This document shows positions 32,501 through 44,321 of a stretch of DNA of 64,000 bases, one piece after another. The notes beneath the pieces are model-generated. The model made no database searches and was not told the DNA's origin. It saw only the letters and a list, made by a program, of their open reading frames with translations. The stretch is from Macrostomum lignano. Taxonomy: Eukaryota. The position numbers were made by a program, and so were the translations under genes. The stretch spans positions 793,670 to 857,669 of the forward strand of contig NIVC01000109.1 in the NCBI GenBank assembly GCA_002269645.1. The letters run 5' to 3'. Position 1 is the first letter of the stretch, and the number at the start of each line of letters is the position of its first letter.

Positions 32501-35500
32501 TATATTCCTATATATCCTATATACTAAAATTAAAAACTATTTACCTACCTACCTATCTATCTATAGGAACTTTGGTTCAATCTAATATACAAAAAATGTG
32601 ATTCATTTAGAAAAAAACAGGTCAACTAATTTTCTTCAAACTTGTACCATTCAATCAGAAATTGATAGTATAGGTGTCTTGGCTAAGAAGTTTCTCAATA
32701 GTGACTAATCTTGTAATATTTACCATTTAAATTAAAATAGAATATAAACATAGTACCTAAAATGTTTAAATATCACATACAGGGTGGCCCACATAATGTA
32801 CCTGATTTAAATAAAATGTTAATAACTTTTGTTATTTGCAACTAACTTGTTGACAAAATGTTAACACAATGTTGCCACAAATATAGCATTATATTTGCAA
32901 AAATTACATATACAAGCACTTGCACACACAAATGATTTCATTGTCAGTTCAACAGCACACTTTGATGTGACTTCCATCTTTTTCTATCACTTGCTTGAGG
33001 CACTTGCAGTTCTTCAGAACTGTTTTCTAATGCAAATTATAATGCTATACTTGTGGCAACATTGTGTTAAAATTTTGTCAATTTTGTGAGCCACCCTGTA
33101 TAGTTAAGAAATAACCCATGACACACTGTACCTTATGCTAAGCCTAATAAAATGAGGGAGACTGTAGCCTAGTTGACTAGTATGGCACTCTTGTATACTA
33201 ATAGCCTAGTCCTAATTCCAAATGCAATCTGAATATTAATTTTAGGCTAAATTGGAATCTTGGCTTGTATACATGCGCAACCTTTGGAATCACTTGGCCA
33301 TTTTTATTGGCAATACACATGTAAGTTGTTATTGGCTAAGAGCAGTCACGTGACTACTATTGCATCCAATAGCAACTTGCATGTATGTGTTACCAATAGA
33401 AATGCCCAGGTGAATTCCTAGGTTGCGCCTAAGCATGTTGGCTTGGGTGTGCTTGTGCAATTAATGAACTTAAAGGCCAACTCTCAAGGAATAATGAAGT
33501 GTAAATACTGGACAAAAATAAAGTCTAAGCCTCTATATACTCATATAAATATATGCCTATGTATATAACTATATATATATATATATATATTTGTATACTT
33601 ATATGCCTGCTAAGGAAAGTCAATAAAATGGGTAATAATTCATCTTGCTAGTTGTATAACAATACAACTTAGTAGGTACATTAGGCTAAACATAGCTACC
33701 TGTCTCTAATAAAAAAAGAAAATATATCTTACCTTTGACTGCATTGATTATACAAGGGCTATACCAAAAGTAATATTACTTTTTATTATATCTCTCATAA
33801 TAATGATCCAAATAATATCATTTTGCACAAATTTAAATTGGCCACTTTCTTCTTTATATTAACTTTACCACCTTTAAAACAGACAATAGAAACAAAAGTT
33901 ACAAACTAAAATATAGCAAGAGTTTGACCATAGACCTATAATAAGTTAAAAGTTTGTGCATGAATCTTGGCTACATTGTGCCTTATCCTCCAAATGATGT
34001 AAATCACACTCCCCCAAGCAACATTTGAATGCATATTCATGACTTTTGGCATTGCAAAAGGAGGAAACAAAAAGCAATGAAGCTGAAGCCAGTGCGAAAT
34101 ATTCAATTGCTTTAAAAGTTTTATGTTTCTTCAAGTTTTTCCATAGATATCTCTTTGTCAAAGTCAAAGCTGCCTAATAAAAAAGTCTAGTATATTCAAT
34201 CAAAAGTTTTGCTACTTTCTAATAGCTTATTGACTATAGTCAACTCCTGCTATATTTTAGTTTATAACTTTTGTTTCTATTGTCTTATTTTACAGTTGTT
34301 AAAATTATTATGCAGAGAGTTGCCACTATAAATTTGTGCAAAATTATGTTATTTAGATCACCAGAACAACAGATATAATGAAAAATAATACTACTTTTGG
34401 GATAGCAATTATATTTCAATTGTTTTTTTAACTTAAGAAACAAAATTATAAATTATTTTATATTACTTTTTTCAATCATTAATAAATTGTATCTTGTTTT
34501 TTTATTTTATACTATACTGTATTAATTATTTTTATCCTATATATATTTTTAATATCTACTTTTCTATATTATTATCTACCTAGATTAACTATAGAATAAA
34601 CATATAACTAGGAGTATAGCTGCCATAACTTGAAATCTAGACTAGAGCTAGAGATACATTGCCATTTCCCACTGAGAAAATTGAGAACAAATATGTACAG
34701 AATCTTCACAGATAACAGAATTTTGAGCGACAGATTTTTTCCATATTGATTCGTCACAGAAATTTCGTTAAATACAAAATCCGCATATGTTTACGCATTC
34801 TCCTTCACAGTCTACTGACTTCAGTAGAAACGATGGAACATCAGCAGATGTACCAATTCTTTTTAATTCAGTTACAAAAAACAGTCCTCGCAGGCAATGC
34901 CTTATAATGCCTTATAATGCCCAGTATTTTAGGTAAATAATGAACTATCCCCCAATACTATATACGAGATGTATCCCAAAGGTAAGTTTCCCTCATATGT
35001 AACTCGGCACCCAAGAGGCTCAGCTAAGTGCCACGTACGTTGTTGCTTTCTTTTTTGTCTATGTTCCAACCCTAAACAAGTCGCTAAGTCCTAGCTTGTT
35101 CTCGAGCTGCATGGCTGCAACCCAAGCACACAACCCTTTGCAACGATGGCCGCGTCCAGCTCGTTCTCTCGCTATGACGTTCGAAGCATCATCAAGTTTT
35201 CTGTGCTGTCTGGAAAATCGACACCAGAGATTCATCAAGAACTCGTGAGAGTCCTAGGAGAAGCTGCACCATCCATTCAAACGGTCAGGAAGTGGGTGCG
35301 AGAAATTCAAGAAGGACGGGACTGCATGGAGGACAAAGAGCGTTCTGGACGACCAAGAACTGCGACAACAGATTCCAATGCTGATCGCGTGATGGCTTCT
35401 GTGAGTGAAGACAACAGAAGGACATGCAGTGAGCTGGAGGAACTCCTCGGCATTCCCCACAGCACTGTGCACCGCATTCTGACCGAGAATTTAGGCCTGC

Positions 35501-38500
35501 AAAAGCTTTTCGCCAAATGGGTGCCACACCTGCTGACTGACGAGCAGATGGAGGAGCGGGTGGTGGTGTCCCGGGACTGCCTCCGTCGGGTTCGTCGTGA
35601 AGGCGACGGATTTCTCGGTAGAATAGTGACTGGAGACAAGACGTGGGTCTACGAATGGGACCCAGAGCTGAAGCGGCAGTCAGCGCAGTGGCTTCCGATA
35701 GGATCGGCGAGTCCCGAGAAGGTGCGACGCAAGCAAGGCTCATTGAAGGTGATGCACATCATTTTTTTGACATTGACGGGATCATTCTGGACTGGCCTGT
35801 GCCTATGGGTACCAAAGTGAATGCTGAGTACTATCGATGGGTGCTTCAAGAGAAACTGCGACCAGCGATAAGGAAAAAGCGGCCGGGCCTTCTGGAGAGA
35901 GGCGTCATATTCCATCACGACAACGCCCCGGTGCATCGGACCAGACGGGTTGAAGAGCTGCTCGGCTCGTGGAACTGGGAAATTCTCCGCCACCCGCGCT
36001 ACTCGCCTGATTTGGCTCCGGCAGACTTCTATCTGTTCCCGAAGATGAAAGAGAGTCTTCGTGGCCAGCGTTTCGGATCTGAGGAGCAGGTGAACAACAG
36101 CGCTTCATCAGCTCTCCGACATCTGGCGATCGCCGGCTGCAGGCCCGCCTTTGAAGCGTGGGTGCGTCGCTGGGAAAAGTGCGTTGAGCTTGGCGGCTGA
36201 TTTGTGGAGTGACAAATACTTTAAGTTGTGGTTTGACAAAGTTTACCTTTTTTTAAAACTAATTGCTCACTGTTGGCAGCTGACCGAAACTTACTTTTGG
36301 GATACACCTCGTATATCATATATATCATATCATATGAGTATAGTTCATTTATATTGTACTATGAGTGAATAGAATAGACTGCTAGATTCGAAAAAAGGAA
36401 GGCCTGTAGGCCTTTTTTCTTCACTGATTCGCAGTCTGTTTATTATTTGGTCTGAGGGCTCTAAGGCCATATCAAGCAATTCATTTTGGGATTGATTTAC
36501 AGTGAAAAGAACTGGGCAGAAAACTGGACAAAGAATAATCTTGGCAGTGCATTTTCTCTCCAGGTGGGGACTGCATATAGCTACACAGCATACGAGCTAC
36601 ACAGCAATATATTTTATATCCCATATTATATACCCTGCATATATTTACTGGGGCTCCAGACTAAGTACTCCAAAATCTGATTTCTTTGTCATGAAAACAC
36701 AAGGAAAATATACAGAGCCCACAGCCACAGCGTATGAAGTTTGATGAGGCAGCTATACTATTACCTTCATATAAGTGGCATATGGGTGAGCAAAGAGGAC
36801 AAAGACGCTTCCAATGATATTTTGTTAAAATGAAGAGCCAATTTTCTAGGCCTTGGCGGGGAGTTGATCGAGTGATAAAAATCTAGCTTGGCGCTCAGTT
36901 CTATATAGGTTTCTTGAGCGATATGATTCTAGGTAACTATAGCTAGTTCTCTGAGTTGGGGCACTGGGGATAGGGGACTGGGGGGAAGAGCAGGGAAACA
37001 GACAAATGAATAGAAATGTAAAGGGCTTGGGCACCAAGCTTATGACACTGATATATGCTCGTTGTATATACAATTTAAGAATTAGTCACCCTCCTAAACC
37101 CCAGTTCTTCCTTGCTTCTCTTCCAAGCACTGACAAAGACTATATAATGCCTTGCAGTGTGCAGGTTGCCCCTGAAATCACAAACCCAGACTGCTATCAT
37201 TTCCAAGAGCATATTTCAGTACAAGCTTTATAGATCCTGCATGATGCATATTCAGCTTTCGAATGCTGAACTCTAACAACTCTGGAATCAAGAAGACACT
37301 GCTAGCAACTACAGTGGCATTGTCTGAGCGCATCAAGAGAGCTGGAATTCAAGTCTTTCTGGAAGCTGACTTCATTGCTGAGACAGACCTTCAGGAGATT
37401 CAGCGCATGCTAGAGCAGGAAGCAACCAAGCCAGCTGGTTTTCAGATGGCTATCCAGGACAACAGACTCTGCAACTATATGCTAGAGACAGCCAGTGTGC
37501 TGTGTTTCCTGCTGCATCTGCCTGGCCAAAGACCTTTCTGTCACGTATGGAGCCAATGGACTGCTGCCAAAAGCAAGCATTTTAAGCAACTCACTGAATG
37601 GAAGAAAAGCTTTGACTCCCAGCCACAGCCAGCTTGTGAATCTCATGTCCAGAATCAAGAATTGGACTGAAGGTGAAGATTCCTGCAAGGCTGGGTCCAC
37701 ACCCAAGAGCTGAGACCAACGTCTCCAGTCTGCTAGATGCGGTGCAAGACTTTGCGTGGAAGAAGCAGAATGGCTGGCGAACAATCAAACTGTGAGCGAT
37801 ATAGATATGGGTTTTAGTAACAAAAAATCCAAGGGCAATTCTGCAAGGGAGTTGGCATTGCTGTCAAGCATGAATATTTCCCGCATGGATTTTACTTGCT
37901 GCTCATAGCTTTACATGCACACCTTGCTACTATACTACTGTCAGTTCAAGTAGCAGTTATGGAATTTTCAATGCAGTTTGTATTTATTGTATGTGATGGC
38001 TAACTTACTCTCTACTTTATAATTTCAATGGCTGTTCAAATGCCATTTTATTATTCTTATTTAACCAAAAATTTTAAACTGTGTAATGCTATTGGTACAA
38101 AACCTTTCAATCTTCAAGCAGAATACATTAACTTGCTATGGGAGTCTGGCATTTGATCACTTTTCAGCGAACAATTTTTTTACTTTTTCTCAAAGATTAA
38201 TTTTGCACTTGCACTGTACCAAAATACTGGCATATGCTTCCAGTTTCAAAGTTTCTATGTCTGCTCTAGGCAACTCTATATAATCTAAATGATGAGAAAT
38301 GATCATAAGCTACACATTAATGTACAAGGGCCTACACACTGATACAAATGTGTCTCGTTTAATCATTCTTTTTGCTTAGAAACTTTTTACACTATACGCG
38401 TACTATTATTCTTTGAAAGTTTTGCAACTCGCAGTTTTACTTCCTTGTGGTGCATCATGTGCATGTAAATGTGACCTTATTAAATACAAATGAAAAATCC

Positions 38501-39346
38501 ATCACTACACTGAACAATTGATATTGATGCAACAACATAAAATTCGGGGTTCCATCGAGTTAAATTTCCAATGCTACTATAAGTAGACTATTACTAAAAT
38601 ATCATATCAAAATTTCTATCAATTTCTATCGTTGAATTTGTACAGATCCTGTGTGCCATTTTCGTTCACAATTCGATGGCGATGTTTCATTACAGAATCG
38701 TCATCAATTTTTTCAGTGGGATCCTCTATCCATATATTAAAAATTTATAATAAAAATTATATAGTTTTCAACAAAAGAAGTTTTTTGAGCTTTAACTGGC
38801 ACTTTATGGACCTATATATTGTTTTGAAATTGGATAGATATAATTATTTTTTGCAGAACTTTTATTGATATTAGAGCAAAAATTATCCTAAGAAATAAAT
38901 GTCAATTATCCAAGTTAAATTTAGCCCTAGGCCTATTTATTAATATCAAGTAAAAAATTAGCTCCAAATATAAACAAAACAAAATCGGAACTAGCATCTT
39001 TTTAATTTTATTATGACATACAATTGTAAATTGACATTTTCAAAATTTTAAAACCCTAAACAAAAGAACCTTACTTAAATTTTCAAGTAAAGTTAAATTT
39101 ACTTAAAATAAATATGCTTTTGAATTGACCTAGCTAATTATTTCAACTCGACTTCTAATTTATAATGGTTTTTATATTACCAATCGGAGGCAATAAAGCA
39201 ATAGACATCACTTCATCTCATCAGCTGACGACCTAAATACGATGGTACGAGCTAATAAAAAATTTATACAAAGTATAGTCTAGCTAAAACTTACCCGAAA
39301 TGACAAGGGCCTCATTAGGGCCGCATGTTTGAAAACCCCAAGGCAT
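28816..39346 (-). CDS. FLOT1: Flotillin-1 (SPFH + flotillin coiled coil), complete, 436 aa
   Basis: join(39346-39295, 31886-31531, 30337-29933, 29313-28816) = 1311 nt, GT-AG, phases 1,0,0. Motifs [75 protein letters not shown]. Confidence 0.96.
29345..29615. repeat. (TG)n/(TCTG)n microsatellite in flotillin intron 3
   Basis: Direct reading. Confidence 0.95.
29933..30337 (-). CDS. FLOT1: Flotillin-1 coding exon 3
   Basis: cccag|[10 protein letters not shown]...TQQINVQ|GTGAGG, 405 nt. Confidence 0.95.
30388..31485. repeat. 23-bp minisatellite filling flotillin intron 2
   Basis: attcttcctgggaatagaatcct. Confidence 0.97.
31531..31886 (-). CDS. FLOT1: Flotillin-1 coding exon 2
   Basis: ccag|[32 protein letters not shown]...KCVFE|GTAATT. 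Confidence 0.95.
32070..32345. repeat. ~30-32-bp CT-rich minisatellite
   Basis: aaactcctcttctctccttttcgctcctctct. Confidence 0.9.
32780..33098. mobile_element. Tc1/mariner-type MITE (319 bp)
   Basis: TA|CAGGGTGGCCCAC ... GTGAGCCACCCTG|TA plus about 50-bp internal inverted arms (32851-32900 vs about 33031-33081). Confidence 0.85.
33758..34406. mobile_element. Foldback MITE-like element with long imperfect inverted arms
   Basis: About 33758-33945 is the reverse complement of about 34220-34406 (e.g. agacaatagaaacaaaagttacaaactaaaatatagca vs tgctatattttagtttataacttttgtttctattgtct). Confidence 0.7.
34965..36311 (+). mobile_element. Full-length mariner (DD34D) transposon in flotillin intron 1
   Basis: 26-bp TIRs CGAGATGTATCCCAAAGGTAAGTTTC / GAAACTTACTTTTGGGATACACCTCG (2 mismatches), TA duplicated on both sides, 1347 bp. 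Confidence 0.95.
35146..36200 (+). pseudogene. Mariner transposase, one -1 frameshift
   Basis: [35 protein letters not shown] with 34 residues between D2 and D3. Frameshift in T7 run at 35762-35768 (T8 restores IIFFD). Confidence 0.93.
37263..37670 (+). CDS. CARD/death-fold-like ORF nested antisense in flotillin intron 1
   Basis: [37 protein letters not shown] follows the helix 1-3 hydrophobic pattern of Apaf-1-type CARDs (by eye); acceptor-like ttcag just upstream. Confidence 0.4.
   Translation: MLNSNNSGIKKTLLATTVALSERIKRAGIQVFLEADFIAETDLQEIQRMLEQEATKPAGFQMAIQDNRLCNYMLETASVLCFLLHLPGQRPFCHVWSQWTAAKSKHFKQLTEWKKSFDSQPQPACESHVQNQELD
39295..39346 (-). CDS. FLOT1: Flotillin-1 coding exon 1
   Basis: [18 protein letters not shown]|GTAAGT; not in ORF track. 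Confidence 0.92.
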
Positions 39347-39659
39347 TGTAACTTGCTACTTCCGTTCGAAAAATATTTATAAGAGTAAGATTTTAAGATC
39401 TATAGTTCTACTCTAATGATTGTTATGAAGTTATGATGGTCCTAACTCTCTCGTGGTCAACCCTCCTTAAAGTTGCAATGAATAAATGAATGTTGATAGT
39501 ATTTCAAAATTATCTAAGTTCAACAATCGCTTTGCACAAGAACAAACTTTTCTTTTATTAGATAATTTCAAAGCCGAATTTTAAACAAAATTCAGTTAAA
39601 AAGGGCTTTACCTTTCATTTTTATTTGGATATCAACGACAGATTTGTTTTTTTATATGT

Positions 39660-39790
39660 TTAAAATTACATACGGCACGCGCAACCGTGACAAAGAGAAC
39701 AAAAACCCTGATTTTCAGACAGGGGGCGGCTGACCAATTGGAACTATTCTAAATGGCTTCCTATAAAAAATTCAAGGGCGGTGCCCCATT
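39660..39790. promoter_or_regulatory. Possible flotillin promoter / 5'UTR exon
   Basis: Two GGGCGG boxes, CCAAT near 39734 and TATAAAA near 39762; candidate minus-strand donor GTATGT at 39673. Confidence 0.3.
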
Positions 39791-40962
39791 TCTATGCTAG
39801 GAGCAGCTGCCCTATCCGACAGGGTAAGCAACTTGAATTTAATCAAGTTGCCCATGGATAGATTGATCCGAGCTAACACTTGCACATTTATATGTAAAAG
39901 CAAAGGTGCACAAATATTTTTGGAGTTCCATTCTAGGAACATGTGGCCATTTTATTGTAATCTTAATCTTTATTTAATAAAGCCGCCATGTCTTTTTGCG
40001 CAATTCTAATCAAAAAATAGTTTTGCTAATTCATATGAACAAAATGTATAGCATTTTGAAGCCTATTTATAATCTAGCACTAGCGGTCATTCAATTTAGG
40101 CCTCAACGGCAGAATCAACGCATGACAATTAAATTAAACCACCAGCTTCAATTTTTAACTGTTGTAAACAAAAATGTAAATGAACAATTTATTTTTTTAC
40201 TAAATTTGACTATAGCTCTGCAGACGCGATGTCTCAAGGACTAGAATCGCATCAGCAATAAAGAAAAAATATTTTTAATTTGTTGATTCTTTTTTCGTTT
40301 ATTTATTTTTCATTAAGGGATCTACTTTACCTAAAACTGAAGTGTGCGAAAAAAGTTCTACTACAGCTACATATAAAATATAACAGACTAACACGCTGTG
40401 CATGCTAAAATATAAAAGAATGATAATCTTCACTGCCCAGATCAAATGCAATCATAGATTTTGTGATGAAAAAATGATTTTTCTATCTTCGCAGTGTATT
40501 TTTTTTACAGGAAATTGGCCTCCAAAAATTGCGCGATCTTTGCATGAGTCCTGTCCTGTTACTCATATACTAGTGGTCCAAACAAAAACCACTTAGTTAA
40601 TTGTCTCTCCAGAGGTCTACCTTGCAGAGTTAGTGTCATCGGAGTCTTTGAATCGATATCGTCTAAAAGCTACCGAATATTCTCGGTTTTTTCCGAGCCA
40701 GGAATCCGCAAGCTTTCATCACTGCTCAAAACGTTTTAGACTTTCATTTGTAACAGCTACGGAATCTACATGTAAATCTAGTTATTGCTGCGAAGCTGCC
40801 AGGCCGCGGCTTCCAGAAACCAGCAGGACGAAAATCTTGAATAAAATTAAAATTTTGACAATACTATATAAGCAAATGGCTTCCCAAAAGAGTTAAATTC
40901 AATGTTTGCCCATCTGCGATTTGAGCAGATCGAGCCATTTTTCTGAATTTTTAAAATGACAG

Positions 40963-41479
40963 GGGGGTCTTTCTCGAAAGCAACTTACGATCTACCATAG
41001 ACGTAAGTTAATTGGGTAAGCTACACTTACGGGTTGCTCGAAGGGCTCGCAAGTTGGCTATGCGTAAGATTGATCGCAACTTTACGAGTTCGTAACTTTG
41101 CGCAAAAGACTGTTCTTTGGTCTTGTCTAATGTCTATGGTCTTTCGTAAGGTTGATCTTAACCCTACGACTGCTCGGTATCAGTCGTAGACGCACTTAAG
41201 CACTAATCGCATAGTACGTGAAGCTTTAGTCAAGCCAAGTCAAGTTAAACTTTATCGAAGATGGGTCTTTCTCGAAAGCAACTTACGATAGACTAAGTAA
41301 AGATATTTGCATATTTATGACCATAGGCATGCAACTTTTCGTTTCAGATACGACTTACGAACAGCGTAAGCCACGCAAAGTCTAAGTGAGTTTTGAGAAA
41401 GCGTCTTACGAGCAAACTTACGCTACACGTAAATTTCTTTCTTACGATCTAACTTACGTGAGTTTCGAGAAACACCCCC
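40963..41479. mobile_element. PIF/Harbinger-like MITE
   Basis: TIRs GGGGGTCTTTCTCGAAA / TTTCGAGAAACACCCCC, flanks cag/aag, second internal copy of the left end near 41263. Confidence 0.65.
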
Positions 41480-41692
41480 AAGGACGACAAGGACGTCAAG
41501 GACGACAGGGATGCCGACAAGGATGATGATGACGAAGAGGAAGACGAAGAAGAATATAAGGACGACAAGGACGACAAGGACGAGAAGGACGACAAGGATG
41601 ACAAGGACGACAAAGACGACCGGGACGCCGACAAGGATGACGATGAGGATACCGATGACGATGGAAAGGAAGAAGATGATTATGACAAGTGA
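41480..41692 (+). CDS. Asp/Lys/Glu-rich terminal exon-like tract
   Basis: 70 codons KDDKDVKDDRDADKDDDDEEEDEEEYKDD...EEDDYDK*. The repeated DDRDADKDDD block differs only at synonymous sites. Confidence 0.45.
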   Translation, partial: KDDKDVKDDRDADKDDDDEEEDEEEYKDDKDDKDEKDDKDDKDDKDDRDADKDDDEDTDDDGKEEDDYDK

Positions 41693-42278
41693 CATATGTT
41701 CTCAATTGACAAAAGACGCTAACCTGTTGATCATGGCTGTTTGCAAAATAAATCTGAGGACCAAATATATTTGTTGACTTTGCAATCTAAAACAAACTCG
41801 ACTTTTATTGTTGGTGTTTATCTTAAGCTTTTGCTATATTGTGTTGTATAACATTCTCTAGATTTCTACTGGGAAAATACTCGTAGCAAAGCGACGCCGC
41901 CAAAAGTCATAAATTCAACGTTGGGAAGCTCGTTTGAGAGCGTGTTGCGTTCTACATGTAACAGACTTTAGAACAAAATCCTACAAGAAGTTGACAATCT
42001 TCAATAAGAATTTTGGCCAGTAAGCCTCTTAAAATGTAGTGGCTATATTAAAATAAATCATTTACAAACTGATCGACCGGTGATTTACCTACAATACATC
42101 GACTTTATGGGTCTCTCCAGCTGGAAAAAAGCTATAAGTGCGACTTGTTTTCGTTTCATAGACCGGTTTGTAAATCTCGCGACAAGATACAAGACGTCTG
42201 AATCATGGATGAATAAAAGCATGGATTGCTCGTCTGCCTTAAATTTAGGGGTGCAATTTTGCCTCGCGAAGCCCCCGT

Positions 42279-43813
42279 TCGCACCCATTGGCTAGTTAAG
42301 ATTTCTTAGTTGTCTATGGTAAAAACGTTGTAAGCTGCACTGCTGATTCATAGTATAAACCATTCCTGAGAGCTGTCAAATTGTCGAGCCTGTATTTCCT
42401 CAGTCAAGCAGTGGCCTGCAGATGGCTGCAAGGATTAAAAGAAGCTGTTCAGCCAAATAGTGCACATCAAATTCGAAAACTTTAAACAACTGCGATGGCC
42501 TGTCTTTATTTGCATATCCTGTCAAACATGCACAGAGGCTGGCTATTTGGCTCGACAACGTTGAAACAGATCGAGGATTCGCAGCGACATCTAGCAAGTA
42601 CCTATGTGAGCTCCATTTCAAGAACGAAGATTTTCTTACTTTGGCACAGGGTAGCCAAGCTCCTGGTAAGAGTAGAAAAAGATTGAGACCGGGAGCGGTT
42701 CCGAAATACGAATGTCCCGATCCTCCCTCCAATCCTGCAGCGCTTTGATGCTGAAGACCCAGTTGAACCAACACGGAGATCTCGCATTCAAGCAAAAGAA
42801 GCCTTATTCTATCCAGAAAGCGATGCAACAGAGAAACAGTTTTGATATTCAGACGTTAAATAGCTTCTGGAGTATAACAGCTTCTATATTCGATCAATTT
42901 TATTCTTTAAAGGGCCAGATTCGAGGTTCGCAGCAGCGCATTCCATCGTCAGCACAGGTGGACCTCTTGCTGACACGCTCAATAGCTGAAGCCTTTTCTG
43001 CTGGCCTATTCAGCCAGCTTGGTTGTGAGCAGGCTAGAGATGAAAATCACCAATACTTCTTGATTCGTGAGTGCTGCTCGAAGTACATTAGTGTTCGTAT
43101 ATTTCATCAATGCAAACGGTTGAACATTTGCAGGGCCGTGTCTGTACGGCAGATCCTCACGAAGAAGATATTATTCATAGGCTAGTAACCAAACTACTGA
43201 GAAAAACTGTCCTGCATAACTATTTATTGATTTTTCAAGCTTGTGTTTTTAGTAAGAAATTTCCCTTGTCCATGCTTTGCCTTCAATTCCCTTCATGCAT
43301 CCTTTGCTTCAATTGTTATTTACTTTATCTCAATTGTTAATTACTTTGTCTCAAGTGTTATTTAATTGCAACAATTCCTTGCTTCAATCGTACTTTTAAA
43401 ACATTTCATGAATAGTTTCCGTCAATTGTAAATTTCATCTACGCATTCTTTGCTTCAATTGAAACATTTTTTTCATGCATGCCTTCAATTTTCATCTCTT
43501 TTCTGGCCGAATTCGATTATTTTAGCTATTCTTACATAGTTCTAGTTCTTGTAATGAGTTTATTGTTATATTTGTTAATTTTCACAAATAGAATGTACTT
43601 CAACGTACAATACTTACAAACAAATACTCATGAATTGTCTCTCTCCATATCATAACACTATAGAGCAAGTATAAACATTGTCTATTTAATGCGAAGATAC
43701 ATTTCACTTAGCTATAACATTGTTATATAGGAGACTTTCTATGCATAAGCACTGCATCTTACAACCTTTTTACCATAGACAACTAAGAAATCTTCAATAG
43801 CCAATGGGTGCGA
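42279..43813 (+). mobile_element. THAP/P-element-like deletion derivative A
   Basis: About 61-bp inverted repeats 42279-42339 / 43753-43813. THAP domain 42422-42748 (CSAK*C...LFAYP...W...YLCELHF...LRPGAVP, TAG at 42458). C-terminal remnant ENHQYFLI...RQILTKKILFIG* ends 43185. Confidence 0.8.
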
Positions 43814-43816
43814 GAA

Positions 43817-44321
43817 GACGCTTTCATAAAACCTAAATTTCACAACGCCTAAAACCACCACACTTCACAACGCCTAAATTTCATAACGCCTAAATTTCAC
43901 AACGCCTAAAATCGAAAATGCAGCCTCCTTCACAACGCCTAAATTTCATAACGCCTAAATTTCACAACGCCTAAAATCGAAAATGCAGCCTCCTTCACAA
44001 CGCCTAAATTTCATATCGCCTAAATTTCACAACGCCTAAAATCGAAAATGCAGCCTCCTTCACAACGCCTAAAAATCTGCATGCTCTTTCATATCGCCTA
44101 AACTTCATATCGCCTAAATTTCACAACACCTAAAACTGAATGTGAAGGAGAGAAGCAAAGATTTTAGGCGTTGTGAAATTTAGGCGATATGAAATTTAGG
44201 CGATGTGAAGGAGGCTGCACTTTTGATTTTAGGCGTTGTGAAATTTAGGCGATATGAAATTTAGGCGTTGTGAAGTGTGGTGGTTTTAGGCGTTGTGAAA
44301 TTTAGGTCTTATGAAAGCGTC
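43817..44321. mobile_element. Foldback element with cacaacgcctaaattt subterminal repeats
   Basis: gacgctttcat... left arm is the reverse complement of the ...atgaaagcgtc right arm, about 110 bp each. Confidence 0.8.

Noticed and set aside
41553-41580. YKDDKDDK resembling a FLAG tag (vector contamination)
   Set aside because: Not DYKDDDDK; embedded in a natural low-complexity tract with no vector sequence
41850-42240. Possible small + strand exons (ORF 42080-42295, donor at about 42020)
   Set aside because: No recognisable motif and no consistent phase chain; partly overlaps element ends
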